Assembly (NCBI GenBank): GCA_002269645.1
Contig: NIVC01004460.1
Span: forward strand, 1-44,983
Source: Macrostomum lignano
Taxonomy: Eukaryota
Direction of reading: 5' to 3'
DNA: 44,983 bases
This document shows, one piece after another, positions 1 through 11,789 of the stretch. Made by a program: the position numbers and the translations under genes. The notes under the pieces are model-generated. The model had not been told where the DNA came from. It did no database searches and worked only from the letters and a program-made list of their open reading frames with translations. Every line of letters starts with the position of its first letter. The first letter of the stretch is position 1.

Positions 1-86
1 CTGAGGGTTGAGACGAAGGTTGAGCATTAGGAAGGTTTTTAGACTGTTTTTCATTTTTTGGAGAGCAAAGACTGTGGAATGGACTA

Positions 87-570
87 AGCACTGATGCTGA
101 GGTGAGAGTGAGCACTGATGCTGAGGTGAGAGTGAGCACTGATGCTGAGGTGAGAGTGAGCACTGATGCTGAGGTGAGAGTGAGTACTGATGCTGAGGTG
201 AGAGTGAGCACTGATGCTGAGGTGAGAGTGAGTACTGATGCTGAGGTGAGAGTGAGTACTGATGCTGAGGTGAGAGTGAGTACTGATGCTGAGGTGAGAG
301 TGAGCACTGATGCTGAGGTGAGAGTGAGCAGAAACAAACTCAGGTGAGAGTGAGCAGAAACAAACTCAGGTGAGAGTGAGCAGAAACAAACTCAGGTGAG
401 AGTGAGCAGAAACAAACTCAGGTGAGAGTGAGCAGAAACAAACTCAGGTGAGAGTGAGCAGAAACAAACTCAGGTGAGAGTGAGCAGACCCTCAGGTGAG
501 AGTGAGCAGACACTCAGGTAAGAGTGAGCAGACACTCAGGTAAGAGTGAGCAGACCCTCAGGTGAGAGTG
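87..570. repeat. Graded minisatellite: 10 x 24 bp (87-326), 6 x 26 bp (327-482), 4 x 22 bp (483-570), intronic
   Basis: Units AGCACTGATGCTGAGGTGAGAGTG, AGCAGAAACAAACTCAGGTGAGAGTG and AGCAGACCCTCAGGTGAGAGTG share a core close to AGGTGAGAGTGAGCA. Explains ORF 102..347. Confidence 0.95.
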
Positions 571-595
571 AGCTAGCTGACCCATGAAATCTCAC

Positions 596-2184
596 TTGGT
601 GCTGAGAATGACGAGTCCATCAGGCGACACCTGCAGCAGGATGTTCGGCACTGTGACGGTGTGAAAGAGCCCGGACTTCTCATTCAAGAAGTAGATATCT
701 GGCTGCCAGACCCTGTCCACCATGAATCCAATGCTGAGCACGTCAGTGAGGGAGCTGCTGTACTTTAACCTGTCGTCGTACCAAATCCTCCGAAAGTACA
801 TCGAAGCGGAGAAGTCCTGTACGTGAGTAGTATTTTAGGAGCATAGCAGAGCTGTTGTTGACATGTTGGACATCATCAATTGGGCTCTGAAAAAGCTCTA
901 ATTGATGGGACTGTCTAGCCCTGTAAAATATTGGCTCTCTATAATGTTGTCATAGTTTACTAGGCAATGGAGAGCTTGAAAACAACCTCCAATAGTTTCA
1001 TTATCATTTCCTGCGTTACTCATATATTTTCATATGACTTTAACCCGTAGAATCGACTGAGAGAAGAGTTAGCAGGAAGTAGAGATGCTATCCTTCTGAA
1101 TTCATGCAAACAGAATAAATTTGCAGGTGAGGTCAGGATTAAAGCTTTTGATAACAAACACCTTTGTGCCGCTCTTCCTTTGATGGACCAGAAATTTATT
1201 TTAACTGACAGAATAAATTCTGTCACGAATTTAGTTCTCAGTAAAAACAGCCTGCGGAGCATTCAGATTTGCACTGGTAAACCGGCTGAATTCAGTGAGA
1301 TGGAGGTGCGAGCAGGGGATGAAAAGGAGAACGAAAAAGAAGGGGGAGAGAGGGAGAGGGAGAAGGAGAGGGCAGAAGAAGAGGGCAGAAGGAGAGGGGA
1401 GAAGGAGAGGGGAGAAGGAGAGGGGAGTAGGAGAGGGGAGAAGGAGAGGGGAGAAGAAGAGGGGAGTAGGAGAGGGGAGAAGGAGAGGGGAGTAGGAGAG
1501 GGGAGAAGGAGAGGAGAGAAGGAGGGGAAAAGGAGAGGGGAGAAGAAGAGGGGAGAAGGAGAGGGGAGAAGAAGAGGGGAGAAGGAGAGGGAAGAAGAAG
1601 AGGGGAGAAGGAGAGGAGAGAAGAAGAGGGGAGAAGGAGAGGGGAGAAGAAGAGGGGAGAAGGAGAGGGAAGAAGAAGAGGGGAGAAGGAGATGGCAGAA
1701 GAAGAGGGGAGAAGGAGAGGAGAGAAGAAGAGGGGAGAATGAGAGGGAAGAAGAAGAGGGGAGAAGGAGTGGAGAGAAGAAGAGGGAGAAGGAGAGGAGA
1801 GGAGAAGAGGGGAGAATCAGAGGAGGAAACAGTGTGCACTGTTTGTGCCTTGGGGGTTGGGCCACGCACGGAATCGAACCAAAGACCTCCAATATAAGTT
1901 TTAAGCTACTCCGCGACCCCCCCCCACCAGCTCACCATATTGACCTCATTAGTGGCGGTAACCTCGATAATATAGATGCTGATGTTGACAATTACTGGCA
2001 GCCTCTTGTCCAGGTCGGGCCTGACTTGGCTATTGTACGGCGGGGCCAGCAGGCTGGTTGCTAACCTGGTGAGCACTTGAGACTGCAAGCTGCTAGAGTT
2101 GGTCGGCGATGCTGTGCTGGAGACGGTGGTGCTGGCAGCGGCCATAGACAGCAGCCCAAGCAGCAGCAGCAGCAGCTGAAGCAT
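596..2184 (-). CDS. Cys-loop ligand-gated ion channel subunit (GABA/Gly/GluCl-like), 5' part; exons 2184-1936 and 816-596; continues beyond the window start
   Basis: Exon 1: signal peptide MLQLLLLLLGLLSMAAA, then YNSQVRP...PVIVNISIYIIEV...NEVNM, donor ATG|gtgagc. Exon 2: acceptor tacag|, DFSASMYFRRIWYDDRL...VWQPDIYFLNEK...FHTVTVPNILLQVSPDGLVILST, donor |gtgag. The phase-0 join gives the canonical EVNM|DF. W-x-P-D-x-x-F-x-N-x-K is the loop A motif. Confidence 0.9.
1330..1825. repeat. Polypurine (GA-rich) degenerate minisatellite, ~30-bp period, in the channel intron
   Basis: Runs such as GGGGAGAAGGAGAGGGGAGAAGAAGA with almost no pyrimidines on the + strand. Explains the E/R/G-rich and S/P/L-rich ORFs. 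Confidence 0.95.
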
Positions 2185-2534
2185 TCTAGGAACTGTAGAG
2201 AATGTTGCTGATAAAAACGATTTGCTGGTTCATTGACGCCAACCCAAATTGTAAATTCACAAATTCCCTCCCCCTTTTAAGGACCGGTTGGGCTGGCTTG
2301 CTCTAGCTGGGTGTCCCCGATTGGGTGTTTAATGCATCTGGACTTGTTGGACTTTTATAGCGATTGGCTACGTGTGATGCGAAATCTTCTTTGCAATATT
2401 CTTGTCCGTAGTTGATACTCATACCTCTGATGGGCAATAACCTGAGTTTGGTATCCGTGAGGTGAGTGGATGCCAGTATGATTAATAAATGTTGCACTGG
2501 GTTAAAGTAGTGAATAGATTTCTCTCTGTCTTAG

Positions 2535-3069
<535 letters not shown>

Positions 3070-3595
3070 ATGTCCGTCGATTTTTTTATTATGGCTTGAT
3101 GATTTAAGCAACTACTCGCAGATTGAGTAGTACAGCATTGTAGTTCGTAATTCGCCAAAAGAAATTTTATGGCTACGATTAATAAGTGGTTGATATTTTA
3201 TTTGAACAGCGTCTAAGTAGCAAAACTTGCCATTCAGCTCGACAAGTCTACAGTGCTATTCAATGAACAAAACAGAGGTGCACACGGAAGACGCATCTAT
3301 ACCAATAAAAATGAAAACCTTTTGTACAAAATACAAAAACCGCATTGTAGAAAGCTAGTTAAACAAGCAACTTCATCGAACAGTGAAAACAAAAGTACTG
3401 TAGACCGCCACAAACGACAGTACATTAGGCGTGCCAAACGGAATGAGAATACTGTGTACCAGGTACACACTTTCAACGAAAACGTTGGTTATTGGCTATA
3501 GGCTCCACTTTTTGTTACTTCGATACACGTTGCAGCTATGGATATGGTTTCCAGTTCTGAGAAACAGGAGCCGCCATGAAAAATTCAAGCTACGT

Positions 3596-3941
3596 GGGAC
3601 TCAAAATATACATGGGACTCAAACTACACGGGACTCAAGCCACTTGGGACTCAAGCCACTTCTGGCTCAAACCACTTGGGACTCAAACCACTTCTGGCTC
3701 AAACCACTTGGGACTCAAACCCCTTGGGACTCAAACTACACGGGACTCAAGCCACTTGGGACTCAAGCCACTTCTGGCTCAAACCACTTGGGACTCAAAC
3801 CACTTCTGGCTCAAACCACTTGGGACTCAAACCCCTTGGGACTCAAACTACACGGGACTCAAGCCACTTGGGACTCAAGCCACTTGGGACTCAAGCCACT
3901 TGGGACTCAAGCCACTTGGGACTCAAGCCACTTGGGACTCA
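3596..3941. repeat. 16-bp minisatellite with patterned variants (GGGACTCAAGCCACTT / CTGGCTCAAACCACTT / GGGACTCAAACTACAC)
   Basis: Direct reading; the variants recur in an ordered higher-order pattern. Confidence 0.95.
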
Positions 3942-4296
3942 AACAGGCTCAAATTCATCCAAGCCGTCGCTACCGGAGCTGCCGCCTGCGTCATTGACTG
4001 GCGCCACCAGCCAGTCGCCGAAATCGCCCTCCTCCTTGAAGCTGATCAACTTTCTTTGACTCTTGCCGCCGTTCCGAGCTGGATTTCTGCCGGCCAGATT
4101 CCGCCTGTGCACCGCGTAGGCGAGCACCAGGAGGCCGGCCGCCAGCGAGGAGGCAGCCAGAGCCGCGCTGGCCCGTCGACCGCGAATGGTGAAGCCGAGC
4201 CGGCTGCTTCTGGAAGCAGCGTCTGCCGGCAAGAGAGAATCGTTTGCTGCACCTCCAAGTGCGATCGATTCGTTTGAAGCTTCGCGTTTCTGCCGG
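3939..4296 (-). CDS. Probable terminal coding exon of a type I membrane protein (furin-like RQKR site, one TM helix, short tail ending EFEPV*)
   Basis: Acceptor ttttgcag| at 4299-4297. Frame reads RQKREASNES...SAALAASSLAAGLLVLAYAVHRR...DEFEPV* with strong GC3 codon bias. A phase-compatible 51-nt upstream exon exists at 4715-4665 (KLAQRRLGSKATSRHY); further weak candidates at 5579-5514 and 6058-5967. Confidence 0.5.
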
Positions 4297-4393
4297 CTGC
4301 AAAATGTTTTTCTTGTTTGCAACATTCTACTTTTAGTAGATGCTAAAGGTAATGCGTTATTAAAATTTATTGCTTATTCCGAGTACAACTAGA

Positions 4394-4655
4394 CCATTGT
4401 CTTCTCCTGACACCCATTGTCCCTCCTTCTGACATCCACTGTCTTTCCTCCTGACATCCATTGTTCTTCCTCCTGACATCCATTGTTCTTCCTCCTGACA
4501 TCCATTGTTCTTCCTCCTGACATCCATTGTCCCTCCTGACATCCAGTCCCTCCTCTTGACACCTCCTGACACCCTCTGTTTCCCCTCCTGACACCCACTG
4601 TTTCCTCTCCTGACACCCACTGTTTACCCTCCTGACACCCATTGTCTCCCCTACT
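4394..4655. repeat. ~22-bp minisatellite (TCCTCCTGACATCCATTGTTCT), degenerate at the ends
   Basis: Direct reading. Confidence 0.92.
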
Positions 4656-7194
4656 GACGCCCACCGGTAGTGCCTGGAAGTTGCTTTGCTCCCTAAACGC
4701 CTCTGCGCTAGCTTACTGTAAAATTAGGAAACCTCTGTCATACCAGTAGTTCAGACAGCTCTCCCAAGTCCAGATTAACCCTGGAAAATAATAGATTTAA
4801 CACTGGAGACTAGGGCAATATTCCCCTAGATAAGAAGTGAAGGCAGAGAGCTATCTTGACTACCTTAGGCATATATAAAGACAGCACCAGGCAAACGCAA
4901 ACAAACTGCTCAATAGGGGGAGGGGGGCAGCAAATCTGAATCAATCTAGGAAGCAATGTACCTGGTATAGACTCAGAGACCGGATGTTGGACCAGTCAAG
5001 TCATTCGCTCTATCCACGCTCAACAGCAGTGTACAGTAAAGACAGAGAATTGGCTGACTAACGCGTCAACTGAGTGGCTCGTTACTAAGAAAAATTGAAA
5101 CTAAAATATTCGATTCTATTTTTGTCATAGCGCAAACGGCGTATTAACGTTCTTGTTTCGAAAACATCGGAAATTCGAACAACTACTTACGGAATGGAAA
5201 AATCAGTAGTACAAATTAAATTTTTTAAAGAGTTGCATTACAAAAAATAAAACCTTACCTAATAATTTTTGCTGGGTCTTCCAGTGTATCGCGGCTTAGC
5301 TAAAATAAAAATATATTTTGTTTATTTGATCATTTGATTTTTTATTTAGTCAGGCCCTAATTTATTACAATAAACTTAAATAAGTTGTACAATGTTGGTT
5401 TTGGTGTTCCTGTTTTCGAAGCAAAGTAAAAAATAAGGAATAGCTAATAAAAACTTGTCGAAAAAATTTACTAGAGGCGTATGCACTTTACACAACATCT
5501 TAAACTATTTTACCTGCTGCATGTTGAGGTCGGTCGCCTTTAACATTGAGTTGCCGCAGACCAGCAGAGGGAACAAAAACTGCAGGTAAAGGTCCCTGAT
5601 AGCCATGCTTAAATTGTCGGGCCTAAAATGGTGTAAATTTACAAAATTAACAAAATAACACTATATTAATTAACTTCATATTAAATACGAATTGTAAGAA
5701 TTCAGCAACATCGGTTGCACTATTTTGACAAATAGCAAACAACCTCAGCCATTATAACAGCCAAAATTATTTGACTTATAGATTTTTATACTCGATAGAT
5801 TTTAAAGTTACTGATATCATTCATAGTCCTCGTCTATAGTGCACTATTATTCGAATGCAAAAATATTTTTTTACTGTGTTGTTGTAAAGCGTAATATTTT
5901 AGTTGAAATTCTCTGTAAAATTTTAGTGTAATAACTACAAAAGGGTAAAAAGCACACAACATATACCTTTGTTTTTGGTTGCGATACAAAAAACAAGTGT
6001 TTTTTTATAAATATAAGTTTTAATTAAAGGTCTGTCGCACAGTCGACCGAAGTAAGACCTAAGGAAGTATACCGGTATTGAGTTGAAAACTTGAATATCT
6101 AAAGTTACGAAATTAAAAATCCACTTGAATATTTATCGAGAAAATTTATAAAAGTAATTAGAAAACATAAATATTCTTGTTTGATATAGATAAATTAACT
6201 ACAAGAGTAGCCTGGTGATCGTTCTTTAAAGTATATTATTCAGTATATTTATCCAACTTTTGTTATGACGGATCTAATTTACGCGCGAATTATGCAAATT
6301 ATAATGCATATCACTTTGCAAGATTCCTGAAATTTCTGAAATGAAAGCAGAATTTTATCATTTTAATTTTTCCTTAACCTTTTTCGTTTATCATATGCAA
6401 AAGTCTTTGATAATTTAGTATTGCTAGTTTAATTGTGCTAGCATTGTGTTTAAAGTTTTAAAATATTTTTCTGTGCTGTTTATGACAATTTGTACGTAGA
6501 TGTCAAATACATGTACTACCAACTCTCCGAATTTTCCTCGATTTTCCTCGAGCTGTGAAATGACGAAAATGTGAGTTTCTTTTTCACTATCAAATTTGAA
6601 TCAATGTCAGAGTTGCGTTTTTTTAAATCAAGTCTGCAGTTAGACTTAGGCTTTTTTATACTTTAGCTGCTTTTGAAACTACATATCATGTACATGTACG
6701 AGCACATGTATAGCCTGCCAGGCCTATGCGGAGTCTACAAGCGTTTCTGACCTCGCGGACACCATTTAAGTTTGCAGCTATTGGACATATATATGCAAGC
6801 ACACACTACAGTATAAGTTTAACCAGTCATTATAATATATATACAGCCCACTCTTCCACAATAACATTAATTGCCACAAGCTCTCCTGCTATAGCAGTCA
6901 TTCAAGCCATTATTTATATTTTTTGCCGTACGATTTGCACGTGAGCATAGGAAAAAGGAAACTTAATTTTTGTCACCTCTCTAATCCCTGCAGCTAAGTA
7001 TAAGCTGTGCACTCTGGTCTGCTTTGAGCCGCATCCGCCCCCCACGCCTATAAGCACTGAGGTGAGCTGCTCACCCACTCCTCTAAGGCATCTGTGCCTA
7101 ACTTGCAGGTGCTACCTTAGTGCTGATCATGCGCTGACCCACCGGATTAGTGACGCTCTAAATCCCTTTTCAAGAGATTCCAGGATAAGAGCAC

Positions 7195-7622
7195 CTTTGA
7201 CCTCTCATCGGATCCCTTTGACCTCAATTGGACCCCTTTGACCTCATCGGACCCCTTTGACCTCAATTGGACCCCTTTGACCTCATCGGACCCCTTTGAC
7301 CTCAATTGGACCCCTTTGACCTCATCGGATCCCTTTGACCTCAATTGGACCCCTTTGACCTCATCGGACCCCTTTGACCTCAATTGGACCCCTTTGACCT
7401 CATCGGACCCCTTTGACCTCAATTGGACCCCTTTGACCTCATCGGATCCCTTTGACCTCAATTGGACCCCTTTGACCTCATCGGACCCCTTTGACCTCAA
7501 TTGGACCCCTTTGACCTCATCGGACCCCTTTGACCTCAATTGGACCCCTTTGACCTCATCGGACCCATTTGACCTTATCGGACCCATTTGACCTCATCGG
7601 ACCCATTTGACCTCATCGGACC
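7195..7622. repeat. 39-bp higher-order minisatellite built from 19-bp and 20-bp monomers
   Basis: TTTGACCTCATCGGACCCC alternates with TTTGACCTCAATTGGACCCC. The 13-aa period in ORF 7147..7587 confirms 39 bp. Confidence 0.96.
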
Positions 7623-7839
7623 TCTTCCTCTGTGAGGTTGGGGGTTGGCTCTCATGTGGGCGTGAATCTCACGAAATGAACAATATTCCACGGAATCGAA
7701 CCTCGGACCTTGTTTGGCACGAGAGAGTCTGTTTATTTCTAACTAGTATATACACGCATGGGAAGGGTAGCTTATTATGATATTGGCCCACATTTATTAA
7801 ATAACCAAGCATGCCAACATTTCGCTATCTAACAGTCCA

Positions 7840-9077
7840 TCACACGGCAGTGGCTTGTGACACTCGAAGCTTGCCGTCACCTTCGCATCGGCGACTGGCA
7901 CCGATCAGCAGGCAGCTCAGCAGAATCAGAACCGCTGGCAGGCAGGCCAGGACGCTGATCACCGGCCAAGTGAGCCGCTCCAGCAGCTGAGCGGCCCGAG
8001 CGAGCCTGTGACCGCAGTAGAGCAGCGTCACGTAGCCAGCTAGCAGCAGCAACAGGCTGATGGCTTTCATCGTCAGGCCGGTGCACTGTCGAAGCCAGGA
8101 CGGCTGCTGGCCATGCCCGGCTGCCACCGCCGCTGCGGCTGCTTCCGGCCCCGCCGCCACTGCGTCCTCCGACGGATCTGACGGCGACGAAGTCGACCGT
8201 CGGGAACCGCCAGAGCCTCTTCTCTGCCGTGAAGCGGTCGCCAGCTCGCCGGCAGAATCTCCGGCCACTATGATCACTGTGGCCTCGGCCACGCCGCTTG
8301 CGCCGGCACCTCCAGCGAGACCGCGTCCGGCCCCGGGTCGACGGGCGCCACCATGATCGACGCCGTCTGGGGCAGCCTCGCCGACCTCGCGGCCCGGGGA
8401 ACCTCGGTCCACCTGCAGTGGGTGCCTGGCCACGCGGGAATCCCAGGCAACGAGGCCGTGGACGAGATCGCCAAGCAAGGCACCACGCTGGCGCAAGGCA
8501 CCGCGCCCGTACCGCTAGCTGCCGCGCAGGCTGCCGTCCGCCGCTACTGCCTCGCCCGCTGGCACCAGATCTACAACGCGGCGGCCACCGAGGCGGCGAG
8601 CACGAGCTCGCTTGCCTGGCACCTTGCCTGCACGGCGGGCCGCCTGCCGCCTCAGCCGACAAGCGACCTCACGCGGCGGCAGGAGCGGCTGATCTGCCAG
8701 CTGCGCGCCGACCGCTGCCCGGCCCTGCGGGGCTTCCAGGCCGCCATCGGCGTTGACGTGGCCCCACCTGCCGCCTCTGTGGCGATGGAGAGGAGACGGC
8801 GGCCCATCTGCTGATCTCCTGCCCCGCCCTGACATCACACCGCTGCCGCCTCTGGGGGCCAAGCCCGGAGCCCGCGGCAGTTTTCGAGAACTGCGTCGCG
8901 GTGTTGAACTTCCTCGGGAAGGCGGGCGCCATCTGACGCCCGGTGCCATGGGCCCTGGCCCGAGCACGCCCGAAGAAGAAGAAGAAGAAGACCGCTTCGA
9001 TAGCCTTCGTGCTGCTGCTGAGCAACTTCAGAACTGTAGTCAATTTTTTTCTGCTGCTGCCTTCCGTGCGATGTCAT
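7840..9077 (-). pseudogene. Single-exon gene for a ~190-aa protein with two C-terminal TM helices, disrupted by a LINE insertion in the coding sequence
   Basis: Removing the insert and one TSD copy joins MTSHGRQQQKKIDYSSEVAQQQHEGYRSG in frame to LAGGAGASGVAEATVIIV...MKAISLLLLLAGYVTLLYC...WPVISVLACLPAVLILLSCLLIG...ATAV*. Confidence 0.75.
8325..8988 (+). mobile_element. 5'-truncated non-LTR retrotransposon (RNase H-bearing, I/R1/Ingi-type) with (GAA)n tail and 7-bp TSD AGACCGC
   Basis: RNase H C-terminal motif VHLQWVPGHAGIPGNEAVDEIAK. After a 1-bp shift near 8761-8765 comes the CCHC finger CRLCGDGEETAAHLLISC, ending NFLGKAGAI*. About six GAA units at 8972-8990. AGACCGC occurs at 8318-8324 and 8989-8995. 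Confidence 0.9.
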
Positions 9078-9330
9078 TTGCGAGCGAAAGAAATTGGTTT
9101 TTTTCGAGCGCTGAATTCTCACAACGATTTTTAAGGCTGCTGCGATAAGGAAATATTGAGATAATTTTTTATGAATAATTCAAGAGGCTCTTGCCATAGA
9201 CAATACACGCTATTTATAGCCTGAGTCGCTCTATAAGAATATATTCCAGCCTCTTAAGGCTATCAACATGAACATCAATATCAAGGACGTCCGGCGGATT
9301 GATGCTCAAAAATAGATGCTTTGCATGTAC

Positions 9331-10021
9331 CAGGGACTTCTGCGATATTAATTTACCATAGAAAGAAGGGACTGGAAACTCTGTTTTAGTGAGTAAGAAA
9401 TGTGGGGGCTGGCTTATTGAAGGTAAGACGAACACGTGTCTATTTATAAGCTTAAAAAGTCACTTAAAAATCCAAGCATATGTCAATAAATCTAACGAAA
9501 GACGCACTAACCAACGAGGAAACAAAAGAACGAGAGGACAGGAACCCAACAAATCGAAGAACCAGAAAGCAAGAGTACAGAAGAACAGAAGAACCATAGA
9601 AGAGAATAATCAGAGAAGAGGAGAACAGGAAAGCAGAAAATTCACTGTAACGCAAGCGACACACGTGGTGTGTCAACGGAGTTGTCCTCATAATCCCGAG
9701 CATTTACTGAGACATCACCAGACTACAGATACATCAAATTTTCTTTTGCGAATCGAATACTGATTTGAGTTTTTGCCAGCTTGACGTAGCCCTTTGAAAA
9801 AGTATTAAATATGCAACCGGAGAATGAACGGAGGTTCGGAAATGTAATCCTGTCACTGCTGTAAACCAGTGACAGGTTTACAGGCACGGCGTTGCTTTCT
9901 GGATTGGAATCGTAGTGTGTTGAGCAGCCGAAAACCGTGCACTTTCTCACCATTTCTTACTCACTAAAACCGAATTTCCAGTCCCTTCTTTCTATGGTAA
10001 ATTTATATCACAGAAGTCCCT
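9331..10021 (-). mobile_element. Non-autonomous TIR transposon with a THAP-like N-terminal remnant (P-superfamily-like), ~71-bp TIRs, 7-bp TSD CATGTAC
   Basis: 9331-9402 and 9951-10021 are inverted repeats with a few mismatches. CATGTAC occurs at 9324-9330 and 10022-10028. ORF 9953..9723 starts MVRKCTVFGCSTHY (THAP C-x4-C start); the remaining THAP motifs are absent. Confidence 0.7.
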
Positions 10022-10807
10022 CATGTACTAAAATAGTGATATTGGTAAAAAATATTGGAGTTTAGTATATCCATACTATGGATGGATTCCTGCATGTTTC
10101 AACAACTTGTCTATTTAAACAAAATTTCAACAAAATTCATTGGCTATTTTGTCATTCCATTTTAGTACACCATTTAAAGTTTTTTAGACAAACCAAAATT
10201 GAATTTTAAGAGCGGCACTCCAATTCAAACAGTTCCTTGTTACAATCTGGATTGTCTATGGCTAATAAGTATTTGTGATCTGAGGCAAAACGCAATTTCA
10301 AATTTGACAGTCATTTATTCATTCTATTTAGAAAACGTAAATTTATCGCCATAATACTTTTATCTTTCTGTGCTTCTTTGAATTGGAAGCATTAAAAAAT
10401 GTTGAGTTTTTATAGCGATCCAGTTGTTGGATATCTTCTAATGTGACCTATTTTTCTTATCGGCCGTAGATACATTAGCCCCGGGGTTTTCGCGCTGCGG
10501 CCTGGGGGTATAAAGAATCTGTGGCTGAGAGAGTACGAAAATTTGTTGATACAACAAGCTGTCTATGGCCTCAGCTCAACTCTCTCGTCCCTCACTATCA
10601 AAGGGTAGCTTGGGCAAAATTTCCATGGTACAATATCAGTTTTAGACATGCCACTAGGCGCAAAGTATGGAGCGCTTGTCCATGGTTCAAATCGATAGAA
10701 AATAGACTAGATGGGTTTGCTTATTCCTTTGGCTGAGTGATTAATTGTTTCGAAAAATTCTATGCTGGTCATCCATGCTGATGACTCGCTTCTTAGCCAA
10801 TATATTA

Positions 10808-10890
10808 ATATAGACTGGCTGTTGAGGACTGAAATGAACTGAAAAGCCTCGGCGTTTCAGTTCATTTCAGTCCGAACAGCCAGTCCATAT
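10808..10890. repeat. Near-perfect ~35-bp-stem palindrome (hairpin / mini-MITE)
   Basis: ACTGGCTGTT-GA-GGACTGAAATGAACTGAAA, a 10-nt loop, then TTTCAGTTCATTTCAGTCC-G-AACAGCCAGT. Confidence 0.85.
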
Positions 10891-10893
10891 TAG

Positions 10894-11789
10894 TGTTATG
10901 GGTAGGCTGAAGCGCGGACGCACAACGCGGTTTCACGTCCACAGAAACTGTCTATGGTTGAAAAAGCTTTAGCTATATGCTTCGTGGCGGTTTCGCAGTC
11001 CGCGTAGACTGTCTATGGTTGAAACCCAAATAGAGTTTGAAGCATTCTTCTCTTGGTGGGTGGGAGAGAAAATAAGATTTAAACAGCTTCAAGGTTCGGA
11101 ATTAGCCATGTTTCACTGGGAATCAATACTAGAGGAAGATATTAGCGGTTTAGAAATGAATGAGATTGACTTTCTGCAGCAACTTGGACATCGTGATCCT
11201 GGTGAAGAAGTTAGTCAGTGGACCGGTGTGACCGTAAGACAGCAGGGACCGATTTCACGAAGCTTAGCAGCTAGCAGTCAGCAGTAGCTCAACCAATCTA
11301 TGGCCTCGATTCTGTCACGTGATGCATCGCTCAAGAGCTACTGTTGACTGAGCAGAATTGTCCAATCCAAGCATTCTGAATAATGCCGAGCTTCTGCGGG
11401 AACTGACGGAAGAAGAGGAAGCTGCTGTGCAAGACGTCGAAGAGGCTGCCAAACGCAAATCGACCACGGATCAAACCGCTCTCCATGTAAAGCGCTTCAA
11501 AAAATATCTGGTATTGAGATTCAAAAAACTATTGAGGTAACTATTGATGAGCTCTCCAGCCACATATCATTTTGAGCTTCCAAGCGTTATTTACTGAATT
11601 ATTTCGTTTACTTTGTGTTTCATTCCTGTTGTGTTTGGTCTTGTGTTTGTTGGCAGTAAAATATACAGTGGCTATAAGTGATGAATTGAATATGAATATA
11701 ATTGAAATATGCTTCAACCATAGACAGTGACGGCGGACAAATGTAGAGCGTTTCAATCGCGTTTCAACCCAGGCAGCCTACCCATAACG
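10894..11789. mobile_element. Degenerate inverted-repeat-bounded element containing a short ORF remnant
   Basis: GTTATGGGTAGGCTG near 10894 is inverted near 11774-11789. ACTGTCTATGGTTGAA (~10947, ~11008) is inverted at ~11714-11730. Internal ORF 11358..11540 reads ELTEEEEAAV...KRKSTTDQTALHVKRFKKYL. Confidence 0.45.

Noticed and set aside
4716-4780. Extra exon 4780-4744 joined to 4715 through a 28-nt intron
   Set aside because: The intron is implausibly short, and reading through it gives a stop. The upstream structure of this gene is left unresolved.
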